Below are positions 37,324-50,692 of a stretch of DNA of 64,000 nucleotides, in pieces. Position 1 is the stretch's first letter; every line of letters starts with the position of its first letter. The position numbers and the translations under genes were made by a program. Below the pieces are notes generated by a model that was not told the DNA's origin, searched no databases, and saw only the letters and a list, made by a program, of their open reading frames with translations. The DNA lies in the NCBI RefSeq assembly GCF_018350175.1, contig NC_058368.1, positions 105,402,001 through 105,466,000 of the forward strand. The letters are read 5' to 3'. This DNA is from Felis catus (taxonomy: Eukaryota).

Positions 37324-39087
37324 TGGATTGTCAGTTTTGAGGCTGTCATACAAGACAGCCTTGCTTCTATGTCCCCCTGCCCCCCAACTCTTTATCTCTT
37401 AGATGGTTTGCTCCGGGGTAAATGAGCTGGCAGGTCATGAGCAGACCTAGGGAGACGCCCATGTAGTGAGGCCTCTTGCTAATAGCCACACAAGTGAGCT
37501 TAGAAGCGGATCCCTTAATTAGGTCAAGCCTTCGGAGTATAGCCCCAGCTGACACTTTAACTGCAATTCCATAAGAGACCCTGAGCCAGAACCAGCCAGC
37601 GAAGCTCCTCCTGGCTCAGAAACTGTGTGCAATAATAAATGTTGGTTGTTTTAAACGACTAAATTTGGGGGTAATTTGTTATGCAGTAATAGATAACTAA
37701 TACAGTAGAGACTAAGGCAACTGAAGAAAATGTAGAGATCCCAGACTTACATAACATTATGGGCTTTTCTAGAAAACATAGAACTGATACAATTCTATAA
37801 TACCTAGTTTGCCTTATGCTTTTCATCCTATTAATTCCTTTCTCTCCAAAAGTTTTCAACACGTTTGATTGGAAGATTCTACTCTCTTGTGGAAATATAC
37901 TTCTAGCTGCATAATCAAAGTCCAGAGAAAAATTTAGACTTACTTTAAGTTGGTCATGATTTTTCTCTATAAATATTAATGTTCTGTCCTTAAATACTAG
38001 ATGTGCTTTTCTTATAATAACCACAAAATGCATTATGCGAGAAATGTGATTTTACGTATGTTAATTCTAAAAGAGAACAGCTAACAAGTTTTAAAATCTT
38101 TTTCCACGATGGAATTTTCTTATTCTTATTAAGAGTTGACAATAGGTAACATTCCAGTTGAATCAAACTGGAGTGCTCATAGAGGATGGTATCTTCTTTG
38201 TAGATGCATACCTCAAAAACATGTGAAGGTGTTGTTGCCCACTGTCAGATGAAATGAACTCAGTGTTAGAAAAAAACTATTCGTATGAAAGAAAGAGAAA
38301 AAAAAAAGAATTTCCTTTCTTTCACTGGTTTAACTGTGCCAATTTGTTGCAATAAATATCTTTACATAAAAACGTGTATGATGAGTGGTAAGAGTATGAC
38401 GGTATTCCTAGACTGCCTCCCCATCATTTACATGGCTATCGAGTGGCTCTGGGCAACCGTGTTCGTCAAGCACCATCCCTTGGCCTCAGTTGATGGGGCC
38501 AAGGTGAACATCTGTTAATCCTGGAAATCTGAAATGGAGAATGGGTGCAGCCATGAGAAAGAAATGGGAATGATTTCATTTTTCTCAGGATGGCTGGGCC
38601 TGTGCCATACAAATGGTTCCTGTGGGTGGCTCTGTTTTTATGCGTGTGATATGAAGCAGGGGGAGACTTTTGGGTGAGAAGGAGGTAATGAATCACAAAT
38701 TTAGAGACCAGTATACATAGGAGTCCAAAGAATGTTTCCAGCAACTTCCCTGTCCTTAAGGTCCTCAGGATACTCCTAGGTACTTCTCATATATCTCTTT
38801 TTGTTGTTGTTAAACTCAAATGCGCTTCTTAAAAATGAGAGTTCTAACACAGAAATAATTTAGTGATATATTCTAAGGATTAATTAAGGAAATCAGGAAA
38901 GATTTAACTTAACAGTTATTGACCACACCATTGAGAATACTGAATATTTAACAGAAAGAGATTAGTGCAAGTATTATGTACCCAATACAAATCAAGCTGT
39001 ATGGCAATATTAGGGTAGGATTACATGTTTATAATACATGTTAATGAAAAAAGCAAGTTTGGGAAGGTTATGTTCTATATGATCACG

Positions 39088-39313
39088 TTTTTTTTTTTTT
39101 AATTTTTAATGTTCATTTATTTTTGAGGGAGACAGAGAGAGACAGAGTGAGAACAGAGGAGGGGCAGAGAGAGAGGGAAACACAGAATCTGCAGTAGGCT
39201 CCAGGCTCTGACCTGTTAGCACAGAGCCGATGCAGGGCTCGAACTCACAAACCATGAGATCATGACCTGAGCCAAAGTCGGACGCTCAACCGACTGATCT
39301 ACCCAGGCACCCC
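39088..39313 (-). mobile_element. CanSINE within an L1ME-like remnant
   Basis: TSD tcac(g/a)tttt. Confidence 0.95.
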
Positions 39314-39535
39314 TCACATTTTGTTTTTAATTTTTCATATATAGGTATACAAAAAATTATGGCATCATGTAAACAATAATGTCAGTAGTGGTTCTCTCTG
39401 GTGAGATTGTAAACATTTTTATTATCCTCTTTATTTAAAAAAAATCTCATTATCAGGAAGGAAGTTACACTTCTTCTGCATTAAAAACAAATAAAGTTTC
39501 ATACCAAGAGTAAAATTAAAATAACATATAGAACA

Positions 39536-39735
39536 GGGGCTCCTGGGTGGCTCAGTTGGTTAAGCGTCCAACTTCAGCTCAGGTCATGGTCTCACTGTTG
39601 GTGAGTTCGAGGCCTGCATCGACAGCTGTGCTGACAGCTCAGAGCCTGGAGCTTACTTTGGCTTCTGTGTCTCACTCTCTCTCTCTCTCTGCCCCTCCCC
39701 CCCCCAAAATAAATAAACATTAAAAAGGTTTCTAA
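39536..39735 (+). mobile_element. CanSINE
   Basis: Degenerate TSD aaaataa...atagaa. Confidence 0.95.
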
Positions 39736-40682
39736 AAAATAATACATAGAATGTTTGTCAGTTTACAAGTTGAATAAGTAAAACCAAAAGCTGTAAAAGT
39801 TAAAAAAGAGAGAACGCAGCAGTAGCTTAATATCAATTAAAAGATAATACAATGATCATGAAAATATGAAACAAAAAACAGACACTCCTGCAAATGAATT
39901 ATAGTTTGACTATCACGGTTATACTGTATAGATAAACAACAGGCTTATAAAAACTCATTGGATAAACGATATGTGGTTTGTAAGGCTCACTTACTCTTTG
40001 TGGGCAATTAGCCACTGTCTGAAATCTCACTCATTCAGTAAATGTTTGATCCAAAGAGTAAGTTCAACAGATAACAAACATAACCTGGAAGGATGATGTA
40101 TGCTGAACTAAGCACACTGTGATTAACTGTTATTTATATTTAAAGCAGATCGTTAGGAAGGATAAAAAAGAAGATATTCAATGAAAAAGTAGAAAATGAT
40201 CAGATTGCATATTGAAAACATGTTTTGCAAAAACAGATTATCTAAACCATGACTCATTCAAATATAAAACATTAAAATCAAACTCTCTAAATACCTGCTT
40301 GGCATCTCACCCCTTCTAACCTGTGTTATACCAAAGAACTTCAATCACAAGATGGGGTTGGCAGTATTTCAGAAATGCTTTTCAACAGCACAAAAACCTT
40401 TTTTTGGAAACTAGGATTAGCTTAACACAAATATGGGTATGCAAAAGTAGGCACTGAGCTATGCCATATTTATTCAAGTGGAATTCTTCCAATATTTTCT
40501 GGAAGAGAAGTACTTTTCAATAATGCCATTCTGTAGACCAACATCTTAGAGAAAATGCTTATGAGCATTCATCTTTTTTTTTAATGATTTTTCTTGAGAA
40601 GAAAAGGGCATAAAAGTCTGATACCAAGATAAATCTCAGAATTTCTATGTAATTAATAACTGATTTCAATAAAGCTCATTTA

Positions 40683-40840
40683 TTTTTTTAATATATGAAA
40701 TTTATTGTCAAATTGGTTTCCATACAACATCCAGTGCTCATCCCAAAAGATGCCCTCTTCAATACCCATTACCTACCCTCCCCTCCCTCCCATCCCCCAT
40801 CAACCCTCAGTTTGTTCTCAGTTTTTAAGAGTCTCTTATG
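40683..40840 (-). mobile_element. 5'-truncated felid L1 (L1_Fc-type) 3' end
   Basis: aaatttattgtcaaattggtttccatacaaca...ccctcagtttgttctcag; perfect 16-bp TSD caataaagctcattta. Confidence 0.92.
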
Positions 40841-41594
40841 CAATAAAGCTCATTTAAAAATAAAATAAGCTTAGGATTTTTTTTCATGCGGAAGTTAGCT
40901 CCACTACCCTTTTTCCATCTTTAAAATCCTAGAAAAAATTACTTTATTTGGATCTACAAGCATCAAACTTCTCTCCTTCAGTTCATGCGCAGCAACATGT
41001 CATCAGTGAACTATCTCCACATACATTATCTGTACCGTAAGCCACTGACACGACTGTCTCCATCTTTTTACTGCATATTACTGCATACAAGCTATTTCCA
41101 CCTTAAGCTTCTTCAGTCTGGTCTCTGACTTGATGATGGAATTGAACTGCATGTTCTCTCCGCTCACCCACCATCACACATAACACTAAACTCTTATTGT
41201 TTCCTGGTGCCCAGTGTCTGCCAGTTCTTTTTCTTGTTTGCCCCTGAAATCTGATAATTACCTGAAATTCAGTCTATCACCCAATTGGTCACCTCTTCAT
41301 AAAGTCTTCTTTTAAAGAACTCATTCACTGGCAAAATTTCAACTCTCACTTGACTCCTAAAGCTTAGCTCCCATGGCCCGCTGGTCAATACCATTAAGTT
41401 ATGGCCTTATCTAGATTAGAACCCACCATCTTGCCCACCAAGATGACTATTCTCATTCTTCATTGCTTTATTACTAAGTTCTGTCAATTCTTTCATAGAG
41501 TTTCTGAAATCCATCTCTTGATTTTTCTTTGCAATTACCTTTCATAGGTAATGGTCTTATTATCATGTTGATTTCTCCCTGCCTCATGCCTGAC

Positions 41595-41960
41595 ATTGGG
41601 TGTCTCAAAAGGAGAGGTAAGACATAGGTTTCCATATGGGTGGGCAGTGATCTCACAAACCGTGGTTGAGAGTCTGGGTGAGTGGGACATAGAAGGAAGG
41701 GGAATCAGTTCAAAGATACCTTATGGAGTTGGCCACCACTATGGGTAACTGATATTGGTTTTCACCAAGATGTTCTAATGACCTTGTGAAATGCATCTTT
41801 GAAAATCCCTGAGGAAATATTGACGTATAAGTTCCTGTCCCTCTTTGATTAAAAAATGGCTCTACCGGCAATAATTGCCCTGCACTTTCAGACTATACGT
41901 GCATAAGTGTGTGCAGTTCTGCTGGCCTTCACCATGACATTAGAGAAACTCCGGGCCAGA
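41595..41960. mobile_element. Probable old ERVL-class LTR fragment
   Basis: ggagttggccaccactatgggtaactg motif reminiscent of LTR16/LTR40-type elements. Confidence 0.35.
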
Positions 41961-43939
41961 AGTGGTATGTAACTATTTTGAGCTTATGTGAGTTTTGTCT
42001 AGCTGTATCTGTAAGACATGGGCAAAGAGTACTGGGTACCTTATAAAAGGCATGTTACTTGATTTGCTATGTATGTCTCTTATCTTTTTAATGCGATTCT
42101 AAATGTCTTAGTGGCATAAATCAATTCAATAGAGATTTTGACCCACAACTACTATCACCCCTCTGGCTCTGTCCCCAGTAATGTGAAAACGCTCCCCACC
42201 AACTACTATTAAACCTTGTGCTTTGAATTGTTTTCTCGTGATACTGCTGTGTTCTTATTACCTGATTTCCTTAAGACTATGGCACATCTAGGTATGATGT
42301 CTGACCAGTTTACTACGTAGTCCCTTGCAAAAGAAATAAAGAAAATGAGTAGACTGTCTAAAGTTGAAACACTGGAGTCATTACCTCTCACAGTCCAGTC
42401 AACTAACCTGAACTACCAGACTGTGTTTTGAAATCTTTCACCTCTGGATCAAAGTCAAATTGTTCAAGTGACTTAAGGTTGGTTTTCATAACATTTACTT
42501 ATCTTTACATCCCACAACCTAGGAAGACATTTTTTACATACTCTTCTCTATTCTATCAAGATGGGCTGGAAGAAGTTGGCAGTTGTGTATTCAGTTCAAG
42601 TGGTGATGATACTCAAACTATGCCTATGTCCTACACAATGGTGTTTGTTTATAGAATGTTCTAAAAAAGAGTAGACATAAAACAAACTCCCCTTCTTTAT
42701 CCTTTGGGTACAATATAACATCCACAAAAATTTATTGAGCTCTTTATTTACTGGTTAGTGGTGTTCAAAAGTTGAAGATAAAGTTAATAGAATTATCTAC
42801 TCTAGTGGAAATTTGAGGAGTTCTTTTGACCCAAAATAAATGGCCTTAATGTTTTTAAATGAGGGAAGTTTGAGAATCTGAAAAATGTACTCATTCACTT
42901 AACAAATGTTCCTTGAGCACGCTATTGTGAAAAAGCACTATAAGATCTTGTTCATCACTTTAAAAACTGGTGCCTATATTTCTGCTTACAAAACACCAAA
43001 TACACTCTTGCAAAACAAACAAAATCTCAGAAACATAAAAGTACCTGCTAACACTCAATCACTCAAAGATACTGCTAACCTCTGATGCCTGTCTTTATTG
43101 CTTCTTTGGTGGAATCCACTGAACACTTTCATGGGAACAAATCAGAGGTTAGAAAAATTAAAAAAAAACATCTCTATTCAAGTAGACTCTACATTTTCCA
43201 GGTACTGAGATTATGTCTTATTCTTTATGGTATCTACCCCAAGAACTAACACATATTATATGCTAAAAAAAGGTTCACAGCAGCAGTTCCTGAGTCTCAT
43301 TAAGACCCAAACCAAAACAAAATATATGAATAAGCTCTATTCCTCGGTGTCTGCTGCTTAAGAGATTTAGAGTGTTCAGTCGCATTAACTCTTTGGTGAT
43401 CATAAAGGATGTTCACCAACCTTGAATAGAGTCTCTCTATGTTCACCAGAAGATGATAAGCTTTGGTGTTTAATTAGGAATGGAATTTGGTGGTATAGGC
43501 AACAAAATATATACTGATGTGGTTGTTGAAAGTCAGGAATGTGATATCATTTGGAGCACATGTGGTGATGGTGTCAAATTCTTAACACTCTTTCATCCCA
43601 ACTCAACCAGAGTAAGGTGAAGATTGATTTATCATATCAGCGACTCATTTTTCATATATGATAAAAAGGTGACTAAAGTATAAAATTATCATCTTAATAT
43701 TTCTACCAGGAAGTTCAAGTAATTGGAAAAACAAACCAGGAGACAAAACAAAACAAACAAACAAACAAACAAAAAGAAACAGAACAAAGCCCGTTATTTT
43801 TCCTTTGTTTGGGAATTACATGGAACTTTCCTTCAGAAAATGTTTTCTAGCAGTTATTTGTATGCTGGATCTGAACAATTAGACTGTTTTAATACAGAAT
43901 ATTTTCCCTTTTAAACTTAGTATTAAAAGGGACATGGTA

Positions 43940-44042
43940 GGGGTACCTTGCTAGCTCACTCAATAGAGCATATGACTCTTGATCTCAACATTGTAAGTTG
44001 GAGCCCCATATTGGGTGTAGAGATTACCTAAAGATAAAATCT
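43940..44042 (+). mobile_element. Short old CanSINE (tRNA-Lys-like)
   Basis: tagagcatatgactcttgatctc...gggtgtagagattac. Confidence 0.88.
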
Positions 44043-45529
44043 TTTTTTTTTCTTAAAGGACGTGCTAATCAATTCATGGGGAAGAGTACCTTTGCACCTC
44101 CCCATCTTTGCACCTTCAGTACATAAAGCAGATATTTCCAATATCTTGAAAAGGGTGAAAGTAGGTCCCACATTTGTATAACTAACTTCTTTTTGCCCTT
44201 AAAGAAATTAAACTAGTTTTTATGTTGATTTTGGCTACAGTTTAAATATGTAATCAAGTTTTATTATGAAAGAAGAAAGCAGACCTTTTGACTTGACAAA
44301 CAAAGAAATAATAGGTCTGACATGGGAGACTTAGGGGGCAATGGATAGTGGTAGCAGTTATTGAAATGGGGGTGTGTATAGAGACACAGGTTTGGGGGAG
44401 CTGGAGAATCAGGAATTCTGTGTGGTTATTTGATGTCTCTGATGACAGAATTCAACCTTGGTCTTGTGTCCCTGGCACTAATTTGTCCCTGAACTTCTGC
44501 CTTAGTCCTGCTTCTTATTCTGCTCCAGTATATCATAAAAAGTAAAAAATCTCACTTAGCTGTGCCCAATTCCCTTACTGGGGCTTGGCATCACTTCTTC
44601 CCGGGAATGGCAGGTCAGGAGGGAGGACCATCATGTAAAGACAGCCCATCCAGATGTTACTTCTGGTCTGTCTTCCAAAGCCCGGTCACTACTTTTTCTA
44701 GAACCCATGTTGAGCAGCTTTTTTATGGAACCCTCCACACTAAAATGATGGATCATGAGTCTTTTAGAAGTCATGCTCCTTTCTGATTTGTCTGTCATGT
44801 AAAGATTCAACTTTGTCCCAGCAAGTCCTGAGAGGGCCAGTTGTTCAGGTATAAGGACTAGTTTTCAGACTATTCATCTGTTAGCTGAAGAAAATAAGAT
44901 GCTATGGGATACACAGACAATAGTATAATTAAAAATAATCATCAGGATCTTTAAGATCTCATCAGGCAGAGAAAACATATGCTATTTTGCCTCAATCACT
45001 AATTAGTGGTAGTTTTCAATAAGAGGCATTTCTGTTTTAAATAATGTATCTGAAAATGGAACAAATGCCACTTTTTAAAGTAAGCCTCAAAATAATGAAG
45101 GGTGAAGTTAGAATTATCAAGTTATTTGAATTGCGCAGTTAACCACTAGAATAATTCAGCTAATTGACTCCATATCCCCTCCATTATCTTGGCAATTTAG
45201 AAAAATTAGTGGTTCCTTTCCTGAATTACCCAAGTAATTATGGTTGTAGACCTGAGCTATTGTCTTTTTATTGTAAATGATGTTCTGATTGGGTTGGTAA
45301 TATTTTAAGTAACATTTTAGGGTTCAGTTTCTTTCATGGGGGATAGAGAAAATCCAAGAAAGAGGTCTTCTAGAACTCCATGTATTATGACAGATGCCAG
45401 GCACACATTCCATATCTACAAAGCCCAAGTCAAAGCTAATGTTCATTCTGACATTTCATGACCAGCATTATAATTCTCAAGTATGTAAAAATTTTTATTA
45501 ACTGTTTTTTTCAGTTTTATTTTAACTGG

Positions 45530-45773
45530 TTTTATTTTATTTTATTTTATTTTATTTTATTTTATTTTATTTTAGACAGAGGGAGAGCAGGCAGGGGAGA
45601 GGTGAAGAGGGAAAGAGAGACAGACAGAGAGAGAGAAAGGGAGAGAGAATCCCAAGTAGGCTCCTCATTCAGGATGGAGCCTAGTATGGGGCTTGATGTC
45701 ACAACTGTGAGGTCATGACCTGAGCCAAAATCAAGGGTTGGACGTTTAACCGACTAAGCCACCCAGGCACCCC
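45530..45773 (-). mobile_element. CanSINE with (TTTTA)n tail
   Basis: Reverse head gccacccaggcacccc; flanking taactggtttt repeat. Confidence 0.95.
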
Positions 45774-46762
45774 TGTAACTGGTTTTTAAATGACTTAGTG
45801 GTTTGTCGAATTGAATATATTGAAATTATTTGTTAATAATCTTATTTCCCAAGGCTGTCTAACTAGTTCTTTCTTATGTATTTTGCCAGGCTATTTTCTC
45901 AACTAAATGGATGGATATTGGCCTTATTTTCCTCAGGTCAACTGTAGAATCAGTGAAGCATTCTTAGCTCTAGAATGTACTTCCCCTAAGTGGTCCAACA
46001 AATGTAAACTTACTACCTTTTCAGAGATGGCACTAGTTTTCTCTTGGCAAAGCTGAACACAAAAGGAATAATGTTCCACGTCAAATGACCAACTCAAGGG
46101 TTCTATAAATGCATTTTCATAATCAAGATACAGGATATATTTTTAGAAATTAGTAAACAATTCTATTAATATATTTATAACAATTGTTTAATATTATAAT
46201 AAATAAAACATTTATTGACCAATAAAATAGCAATGGCCAATTTAAAGTAGTGAATTATTATGAAGTAATGAAGTAGTGAATTATTATTATGCATGTTTAT
46301 ACTCCATTGCATTTGTGTATAGAACAACTAAGATATTTTTATTATGAGTAATGCTTTCCCAAGCAAAGTAAACCAAATATTTATCTGGGAAATTTAGACA
46401 ACAGAAGATAACTTTGGCAAATTATATGTTTTAAGCCAATTTGAAGAGAAGTTACTTATCTCCTGCAAGCAATATTGCTCATATGCAAATCTTCTGACCT
46501 ATCTTAAATGCATTAGGATTTTGTTCACTCCAGCTTCAGTGAACTTGTGTAAAAGTCCATGACATTATCAAATGGCAAAAGAGATGATATCTATTGCTAA
46601 GATGTATTTTTCCCACTAACCCATAGTGGCCCTATAAATGCTTAGCATTTATAAACAACTGATGACATGAGCGGATTACAAAAGCAAAGATATCACTTTT
46701 CTGTTTCTCTTCTGAGGAGCAAGAAGTCAAATGAGATGAAGAGGATATAAATAAAAAAACAG

Positions 46763-46763
46763 C

Positions 46764-46797
<34 letters not shown>
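46763..46797. repeat. (CAA)n microsatellite
   Basis: Direct reading. Confidence 0.95.
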
Positions 46798-46798
<1 letters not shown>

Positions 46799-47264
46799 AA
46801 GAAACTGAACCCAAACAAAACCACCATGAGTGACATCCCAGAATATCCATGGGATGTCAGGAAGAAATTAGGAAAAATAGAATCATGAAAGATGTTTGTT
46901 TTCTTGAGCCATCCAAATTATTTAGGACAATTGCAATGAATTCTAAGGCAAGCTTAATGCTCAGTAAGAAATTGATTCAGAAGAGTTAGGTCGAATATGA
47001 GCAAAAAGTGACGAATCAGCAACTGAATACAAGAAATGCTGATGCAGAAATTAAGCAAACTTGCTGAGATCTATGAAAAGGGTTTACATTTGTACTAAAA
47101 ATCACCATAATTTCCCATGTGCTACTGGTGGCAAGGCAGAAAAACTAGTTTTCAAATATCAATAATAATCACAAGGTTTTTTTTGGAATGCTGTGCTAAG
47201 AGCTTCACCGAAATTACCCTGATTATTCTCACAGCAACCTGTGGGGATCTACTCAGACTCACAG

Positions 47265-47725
47265 AGCTGGTATGAAGATGATTTTAAACCAAAGACATTT
47301 GAGATTTAACAGATACAGGAAGAAGGCTTTTTGGAGCTTATCTAACTAAAGGCAGAAACTTCTGGGAGCGAGGATGCCATAAATCCCTTCTCAGAGGAGT
47401 TTTACTGGCCAGAAAAACGACAGAGAAGAGAACGTGCATCTGCACCAACAAACATTAGCACAGACTTTCTTATCTCCCATTTGTCCCTCTAGAAACCCAT
47501 CTGTTCTTTCCATAGAAGCCTTTTGTCCCTCCTCCTTTCCCCTTCTTAAGTTAGGCATATAAACCCCTGTCTTTAGCTGTTTGGAGAGTAACCTTTTTCT
47601 CTTTGCTCCTACGACAAAGGTGAGTAAGAGAGGACTTTTCTCTAATCTGACTTTTTTCAGTTTAATTCACATGTCCCCAGCTAATGAACACAAGACTGTA
47701 CGTAGAGGAAAATTTTTCCTCTGAT
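47265..47725 (+). mobile_element. MER34-like ERV1 LTR inserted in a MIR
   Basis: gattttaaaccaaagacatttgaga; catataaacccc; ends gtagaggaaaatttttcctc; MIR halves on both sides. Confidence 0.65.
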
Positions 47726-48733
47726 GAACTAAAGGATGCAAGTAAATCTCAACTTCATTGTAGATGTGAGAAAACAGAGAAAATAGGAAACTTGCCCAAA
47801 TTCACTGAACCTGAAGAGCCAAGATTCAAATACAAGGCTATTAATTTTACACTAGTAAAATTCATTAAGTTGTTTATAGTGGATCTAAAGGCCCTCCCAG
47901 CCCATGTGAACTGTCATCTCTTTCAAGCAATTCTTCCAAGACCCCACCATTACTGTCTTAATTCTGAATGCTTTGGCATTCACTGGGAAGGATGTTATTT
48001 GGATGACTGCAAGGTTTACCCAAATTATTCAGTAAAAGCAAAGATAAATGAAGTGTTTAATTTTACTTCCTTCACAAACTGGTTTCTAAGGTTGCTTATG
48101 TTTAACCATTAGAAGAAATTCCTTACATACAATTGGAAAATTGACTCAAGGTGAAAGAATCTAGCATGACTAAGACTTACATTTGTCACAAGGCAGTAAT
48201 GAGGAAGTTGAGCAGACAATACACAGGACCTACACCAGCCAGAGACCAATGTCTCTTAACCCCTGGACATGCCCAGCCCTGCTATGCTGAAGAAACGGCC
48301 TTAGAACAGCTGTTGCTAGCAGCCATGAGGGACGGCAGCCAGCCAGGGTCATGGAGAATCAACTGCAGCTCCCAGATTAAAGGGGGAGTAAAGCCTGCGG
48401 AGGAGGAAGGGAGGTAGGACAGGGGGGTGAAGATGGAAACAAAGTCCCCTGTGATCGACACAGGAAAGGAAACCACCTGCAAAACACTAAAGTAGTTGGC
48501 ACCGGAGAGCTAACTGTGCTACAGGAAGGCAGGATAAATATTACTACCTCCCTTCACTGAAAACTATTAGGATTAACTAATAGGGATAGATTTCCAGGAT
48601 TTTTTTTTAAGTCAAGTCACAGAACCAAATGACATTATTTTTGCTTTTCAAAATCCTCAAAGTGGTATATATTTCCTAAGGGTACACAGAAATATCCATC
48701 TGTAAATACAAAGCAAAAGGGCTAGAAGGATAT

Positions 48734-49180
48734 TGTGGAAGTCTACAAAGACCACCAAAGGGGAAAATTCAGAGGCTCCTTAGTGAGGACTTGCTGGAGC
48801 AAGGGAGTCAGCCACCATCACTGATGTTTGGCAGAGACTCAAAGACACGCAGTGGTGAAGAATGGTGGAAGGGAGGGTTATAGGGGAAAAAAGAGAGGAA
48901 GAAAGCTTTAGGTATGTTGTGATTGGCAATCACTGGCATGGGACGCTAGAGACAGGCTAACTAGAAGTCAAGTGTTCCACGTGATTGGTTGGGAGAGCAT
49001 AGTTGGCTTTCTCTGGTTGCTCCTGAGTTGGAAGCTGACAGTCATTGATCAAGCTCTGAGACTTCCAGACCAGTTGCTACACAGTTTGTGGCTTGGCTCA
49101 TGAGCCTGCTTGCTGCGGAGGATTTGTGTCAGAGTTCTATTGACAGATATAGCCTGGCCCTTGATTGTTGGCGTTTTCAG
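48734..49180 (-). mobile_element. ERV1-class LTR (MER89/MER92-like)
   Basis: gcaagggagtcagccaccatcact...ggcagagactcaaag, gctaactagaag and gtgattggtt motifs. Confidence 0.6.
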
Positions 49181-49389
49181 TCTCTCATTATGTACCTGAC
49201 TGATGTTACTGGCACTGTTGGCAAGATGGGAAGGAGTAGGTTCATCAAGGTCTAAATTCTTTCTGCAATGTTTTCTTTTCTTGTGTAAGAAGAACACATT
49301 ACTCATTTTTTACTTGTAAATTTTTTTTAAATTCTGAAGCCAAATGGGAGAAGGATGTTAATTGTCATTTCTAAACCTTATAATGGGTT

Positions 49390-49530
49390 CTATTCTTATT
49401 TTACAGTAGAGAATACTGAGACACTAAGAACTTAATCCGCCCAAGGCCATACAGTTGAGAAAAAGCAGACAGAATTTAATTCCAGGTATACCTGATCCTA
49501 AAAGCTACTGTTCACTGTGCCATGCTGCTG
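49390..49530 (-). mobile_element. MIR
   Basis: attttacagtagagaatactgagacac...gcccaaggccatacag. Confidence 0.7.
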
Positions 49531-50314
49531 CTTACAAAAGTATAATTATTTTAACATTAACAGAGAAAACTGTCATTACCACTCACAAAACGTAGGCATA
49601 GACATGTGGGACAAGCACAATATTAGCATCTGTTAGCATCTGTTAGTACAATATTAGAATCTCCCTACCAGTATGATATTAGAACTCAGAAACAGTTGCT
49701 GCCCTTTTTCAAATTAGGTTTATGAAACTATCAAATAATAGTCTTGGATGAATTATTACAGTCCAATCCCTTGTATTTCCAGAAGAGTAGCTTTGGCTTT
49801 TGAAAAAGAGAGAGCATTTAAAATGCAGTCATAACCAATGATAAAACAGGATAGTAAGGAAACCATGTATTTCTCAAATAATTCCCTTCAGGGAACAATC
49901 TATCACCTATATTGCTGAGGAAATGGTGTGTACCATTTTCTCTCCTCTTTCTCAGGAGATGCTCATGAATTCATTTCCTGTAGGTTTAAAGCAGGGTGTG
50001 AACCACTTGACTTTTTCATGTGCTAATATAGCTAACCTAACTTTGAACATCTTGTTGATCAAGAGCTTATAAAGGTGTTATATTTACCTCAGGCTTAAGG
50101 AGTGCAAACCAATACTTGAAAGGCTGAACTCTTCTCTTGTTTAAAAATCTTTAATTGGAATCACAGGTTAGGATGACCTATGAATTAAAAAAAAATAAAA
50201 GTAATTTTTATATCAGATAACTGTAGCACTCACCTGAGAAAACAGATTAATATCTATGAAAATTTTTGCTGTTTTTTTTGCCTTAAATATTACCTCAGTG
50301 ATTCATACAATAAT

Positions 50315-50508
50315 CCCATGTTTCACAGCACGAAGTACCACATTAAAATCATCTGGAAAGCTTAGAAAATGCTATCAATGTCTTCCCCCTTACTGCACAC
50401 ACATCCAAAAAATTCTGGTTTAATTGGTCTATAGTAGAATCTCTATGTCAGTGCTTTGAAAAAGCTTACCAGGTGATTCTAGCCAGCAGCCTGAGTTGAA
50501 CAGCACTG
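50315..50508. mobile_element. MER5-type hAT-Charlie MITE
   Basis: cattaaaatcatctggaaagctt...ccaggtgattct...gttgaacagcactg. Confidence 0.75.
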
Positions 50509-50692
50509 TTACAGACCAAGATGGTCAAAATGAAAAGGATTTCATGATGCAATTGTTCATCCATCTCTTAGGGTCCTGGAAGGCTGACTCTACCCCTACC
50601 CACCCAGAGCCAGGTCTAGTGGTGTGCACATGACTCAGTTCAGAGTAATCCAGAGCATAGGGGAGCCCTCCCTGAGAATTTTCCGCCAGTCA

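Larger units (their letters stand above)
36812..37704 (+). mobile_element. MLT1F-like LTR carrying two nested SINEs
   Basis: cctccaagatg...cccagtgattcctacctcctggtat start; gagaccctgagccagaacca; ends gcagtaatagataactaataca. Confidence 0.8.

Noticed and set aside
47684..48112. Longest ORF (142 aa)
   Set aside because: Starts in an LTR and runs through a MIR; no recognisable domain or splice context
49618..49662. Short repeats ttagcatctg x2 and caatattag x2
   Set aside because: Ordinary slippage duplication; no CRISPR-like or other array structure
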